This document shows, piece after piece, positions 61,405 to 64,000 of a DNA stretch of 64,000 nucleotides. The DNA comes from Gemmatimonadota bacterium (lineage in GTDB: Bacteria > Gemmatimonadota > Gemmatimonadetes > Palauibacterales > Palauibacteraceae), in contig JBHIAV010000005.1 in assembly GCA_046758745.1 (NCBI GenBank), positions 32,001 to 96,000 on the forward strand, read 5' to 3'. The number at the start of each line of letters is the position of its first letter. The first letter of the stretch is position 1. The translations under genes and the position numbers were made by a program. The notes below the pieces were generated by a model. That model ran no database searches, was not told the origin of the DNA, and saw only the letters and a program-made list of their open reading frames with translations.

Positions 61405-61433
61405 AGGGGTCCGGCGTCGCCCGCCGGACCCCT
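61405..61433 (-). terminator. Strong hairpin after rpsA
   Basis: AGGGGTCCGGCG / CGCCGGACCCCT perfect 12-bp inverted repeat; weak U tail. Confidence 0.5.
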
Positions 61434-61471
61434 CGCCCCACTACCGCGGTGCGACCGTACGGGAGCCGGCG

Positions 61472-63580
61472 TCAGGACTTCTCCTCGCCGCTCTCGCCTG
61501 CGGCCGTGCCGGCCTCGTCCGTGGCCTCGGCCCCGCCGGCCTCGGGAGGGGCCTCCGCCACCTCTGCCTCGGGAGCCACCTCGATCACCTCCGCCTCGGG
61601 AGGGGCTTCGGCTTCTTCCTCCTCGGGAGCCGCTTCCGCCGCCTCCGCCTCGGGAGCCGCCTCGACGGCCTCCGCCTCGGGAGCCGCTTCCGCCGCCTCC
61701 GCCTCGGGAGGGGCCTCCGCCGCCTCTGCCTCGGGAGCCGCCTCGACGGCCTCCGCCTCGGGAGGGGCCTCCGTGGAGGGTTTCGCCTCGGCGGCCCGCT
61801 CCTCCACTCCCGGCTCGCCGACCACCGAGAGCACGATCCGCCGATTGATCGGATCGGATTCCAGCACTTTGAGATCGAGACGGTCTCCCTCGACGTAGCG
61901 CTCCGAGGGCTCCTGCACGCCCTCGCCCAGCTGGCTCACCGGGACGAAGCCCTCGACATCTTCACCCAGGTCCACCACCACCCCCTTGTCGAGCAGTCGT
62001 ACGACCGTGCCGGGCGTCTCCTTGCCGGGCTCGTACTTCTTTGCCAGCTCGTACCAGGGATCGTCCTCGACCTGCTTGATCCCCAGCGAGATTCGCTTCT
62101 GCTCAGCGTCGATGTTCAGCACCACCACTTCGACCTCTTCTCCCTTGCGGACGACCTCCGACGGGTGCTGGACCCGCCGCGTCCAGCTCATGTCGGAGAT
62201 ATGGACGAGCCCGTCGATGCCGGGCTCGACCTCGACGAACGCTCCGAAAGAGGTGAGGTTGCGCACTACGCCACGGATCTTCGTGCCCGGCGGGTACTTC
62301 GACGGAAGGGCGAGCCAGGGATCCTCCTCCGTCTGCTTCATGCCGAGCGAGATCTTCTTCTCTTCCTCGTCCACCCGGAGCACAACGCACTCCACCTCCT
62401 GGCCGATCGAGACGAGTTGAGAGGGATGCCTCACATTGCGAGTCCAGCTCATCTCCGAGATGTGCACCAGGCCTTCGACGCCCTTCTCGAGCTCCACGAA
62501 AGCCCCGTAGTTCGTGATCGACACGACGCGGCCGCGCACCCGGCTACCAACGGGATATTTCGCGGCCACGTCCTCCCACGGGTACGTCTGGAGCTGCTTG
62601 AGACCGAGCGAGATCCGCTCTCGGTCCCAATCGATGTCGAGCACCTTCACCTCGAGCTCGTCGCCGATGTTGCACACCTCGGACGGGTGCCCGATCCGAC
62701 CCCAGGACATATCCGTGATGTGAAGGAGACCATCCATGCCGCCAAGGTCGATGAAGGCACCGAAGTCGGTGATGTTCTTCACCACGCCCGTGCGCACCTG
62801 ACCGACCTCGAGGACCTTCTTCAGCTCCTCCCGCTTCTTCGCCCGCTCCTCCTCCAGGATGACCCGACGGCTCACGACGATGTTGCGCCGGCGCTTGTTC
62901 AGCTTGAGGATCTTGAACTCGTAGGTGTTGCCAATGAGCTCGTCGATGTTCGGCACGCGGCGCAGGCCGATCTGAGAGCCGGGGAGGAATGCGTCCACGC
63001 CCATCAGGTCCACCGTCAGACCACCCTTGATCTTCCTCTTCAGCGTGCCTGGGACAGTGCGCCCGTTGTCGTACGCGTCCTTGATCTTCTCCCACACGCG
63101 GAGGAAGTCGGCCTTCTTCTTGGAAAGGACGACCACACCCTCCTGATCCTCCAAACTCTCGAGGAAGACGTCGACCTCGTCGCCCGGCTCGAGCGATTCT
63201 GGGTCCCGGAACTCCTCCAGAGGGACCGCCCCTTCGGACTTGAACCCCACGTCCAGAATGACGGCGTTGTCGGTCAGCCGGAGGACGCGCGCCTTCACGA
63301 TCTCGCCCTCGGCGATCTCGCTCAGGGTGTCCTCGTACATCGCCATCATCTCCTTGTACTCGTCCGGCGTGTACTCCTCCGTCTCGAACGGGTCGGCTTC
63401 CTCGTCCATCGGCTCGCCATCGACGGCGGCGGCTTCCCCGGTTCCTCCCGACCCGGTCGCGGATTCCGGCTGAGTCATCGCCTCGCCGTCCGCGGCAGAG
63501 ATGGCCTCGACGGCGGAGCCCGCCTGGGGGTCGATCTCGGTGCCGGGAGCGGAGCTTTCTTCGGTGCGGTCGTCAGTCAT
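61472..63580 (-). CDS. rpsA: 30S ribosomal protein S1 with acidic N- and C-terminal extensions
   Basis: Multiple S1 repeats (FGAFIDLGGMDGLLHITD, YGAFVELEKGVEGLVHISEMSW, FGAFVEVEPGIDGLVHISD). Confidence 0.97.
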   Translation of the reverse strand: MTDDRTEESSAPGTEIDPQAGSAVEAISAADGEAMTQPESATGSGGTGEAAAVDGEPMDEEADPFETEEYTPDEYKEMMAMYEDTLSEIAEGEIVKARVLRLTDNAVILDVGFKSEGAVPLEEFRDPESLEPGDEVDVFLESLEDQEGVVVLSKKKADFLRVWEKIKDAYDNGRTVPGTLKRKIKGGLTVDLMGVDAFLPGSQIGLRRVPNIDELIGNTYEFKILKLNKRRRNIVVSRRVILEEERAKKREELKKVLEVGQVRTGVVKNITDFGAFIDLGGMDGLLHITDMSWGRIGHPSEVCNIGDELEVKVLDIDWDRERISLGLKQLQTYPWEDVAAKYPVGSRVRGRVVSITNYGAFVELEKGVEGLVHISEMSWTRNVRHPSQLVSIGQEVECVVLRVDEEEKKISLGMKQTEEDPWLALPSKYPPGTKIRGVVRNLTSFGAFVEVEPGIDGLVHISDMSWTRRVQHPSEVVRKGEEVEVVVLNIDAEQKRISLGIKQVEDDPWYELAKKYEPGKETPGTVVRLLDKGVVVDLGEDVEGFVPVSQLGEGVQEPSERYVEGDRLDLKVLESDPINRRIVLSVVGEPGVEERAAEAKPSTEAPPEAEAVEAAPEAEAAEAPPEAEAAEAAPEAEAVEAAPEAEAAEAAPEEEEAEAPPEAEVIEVAPEAEVAEAPPEAGGAEATDEAGTAAGESGEEKS
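61529..61771 (-). repeat. Nine tandem 27-bp units encoding E(A/V)(A/P)PEAE(A/V)x in the rpsA tail
   Basis: Repeated gcctccgcctcgggag core; peptide EAPPEAEAV EAAPEAEAA EAPPEAEAA ... Confidence 0.85.
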
Positions 63581-63730
63581 GGGTTGTCGGTCCTCGATCG
63601 AGCCGCGCGCCGTCTGGCGCTCTCCCGAAAAACGAGCGGCCGGGGCCGAGCCTGGCTCGGCCTCCCAGCCGTTGGATCGATCGGCGCGACGCTCGGGCTA
63701 AGGGTAACGTGAAAGTCCCTAGAGCACAGC

Positions 63731-63759
63731 AAGCTAGGGAGATGGGTCGGGATCGTCAA
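63731..63759 (-). promoter_or_regulatory. Putative sigma70 promoter for rpsA inside the cmk 3' end
   Basis: TTGACG-17 nt-TAGCTT. Confidence 0.5.
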
Positions 63760-64000
63760 CCGTCGAACGAGCGCGCTCTCGGGCCAGCTCCACGATCCGC
63801 ACCACCACCTCTTCCGGCGTCGACGCCGTGGTGTCGATCAGTACGGCGTCCTCCGCCTGCCGCAGCGGAGAGTGCGCTCGGCTGGAGTCCGCATCGTCCC
63901 TCGCCCGCAGCCTCGCCGCTTCCGCGGCGACCGCGTCCCGCGTGGCCGTCTGGCCTCGCTGGAGCAGCCGGCGGCGGCCTCGCTCCCCTGCCTGTGCCGT
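63734..64000 (-). CDS. cmk: Cytidylate kinase, C-terminal part (truncated by the window)
   Basis: Manual translation: ER.RRR...RDDADSSRAHSPLRQAEDAVLIDTT; lies upstream of rpsA. Confidence 0.9.
   Translation of the reverse strand, partial: TAQAGERGRRRLLQRGQTATRDAVAAEAARLRARDDADSSRAHSPLRQAEDAVLIDTTASTPEEVVVRIVELARERARSTVDDPDPSP

Noticed and set aside
61529-61771. CRISPR-like appearance of the periodic repeats
   Set aside because: The units are contiguous, in-frame coding repeats with no unique spacers and no cas genes.

Overview
This is a very GC-rich bacterial chromosomal window, mostly encoded on the minus strand. The gene order (cmk-rpsA, pcc/mcm, argS-purM-rib-nusB-hpf-hprK-PTS-metK-ahcY) suggests a diderm bacterium such as Gemmatimonadota; this is inference, not a search result. 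Bases ~10.6-64 kb are mostly housekeeping or envelope genes. They include hemC, split heptose kinase and adenylyltransferase genes, lptE, lpxH, murI, tRNA-Sec, selB, fhs, mlaEFD, greA, tmRNA, larB, recO, a cobalamin-riboswitch-controlled ABC importer, a mannose-family PTS, a riboflavin operon, and propionyl-CoA carboxylase with methylmalonyl-CoA mutase. The unusual part is 1-10.6 kb. It holds a non-canonical cytochrome bd-like oxidase subunit (Nitrospira/OR-N-like, with extra His residues) and a candidate maturation cluster: a radical SAM/SPASM enzyme, a tandem-USP protein with duplicated His-x27-His inserts and three Cys-Pro motifs, an atypical ABC pair, a 3Fe-4S-type ferredoxin, a Zn-ribbon protein, Mrp/ApbC and a HmuY-like heme binder. 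Three of these proteins share four copies of one small PCP_red-like domain. No mobile elements or CRISPR arrays were seen. All family calls come from motif recognition by eye, and several start codons are estimates.
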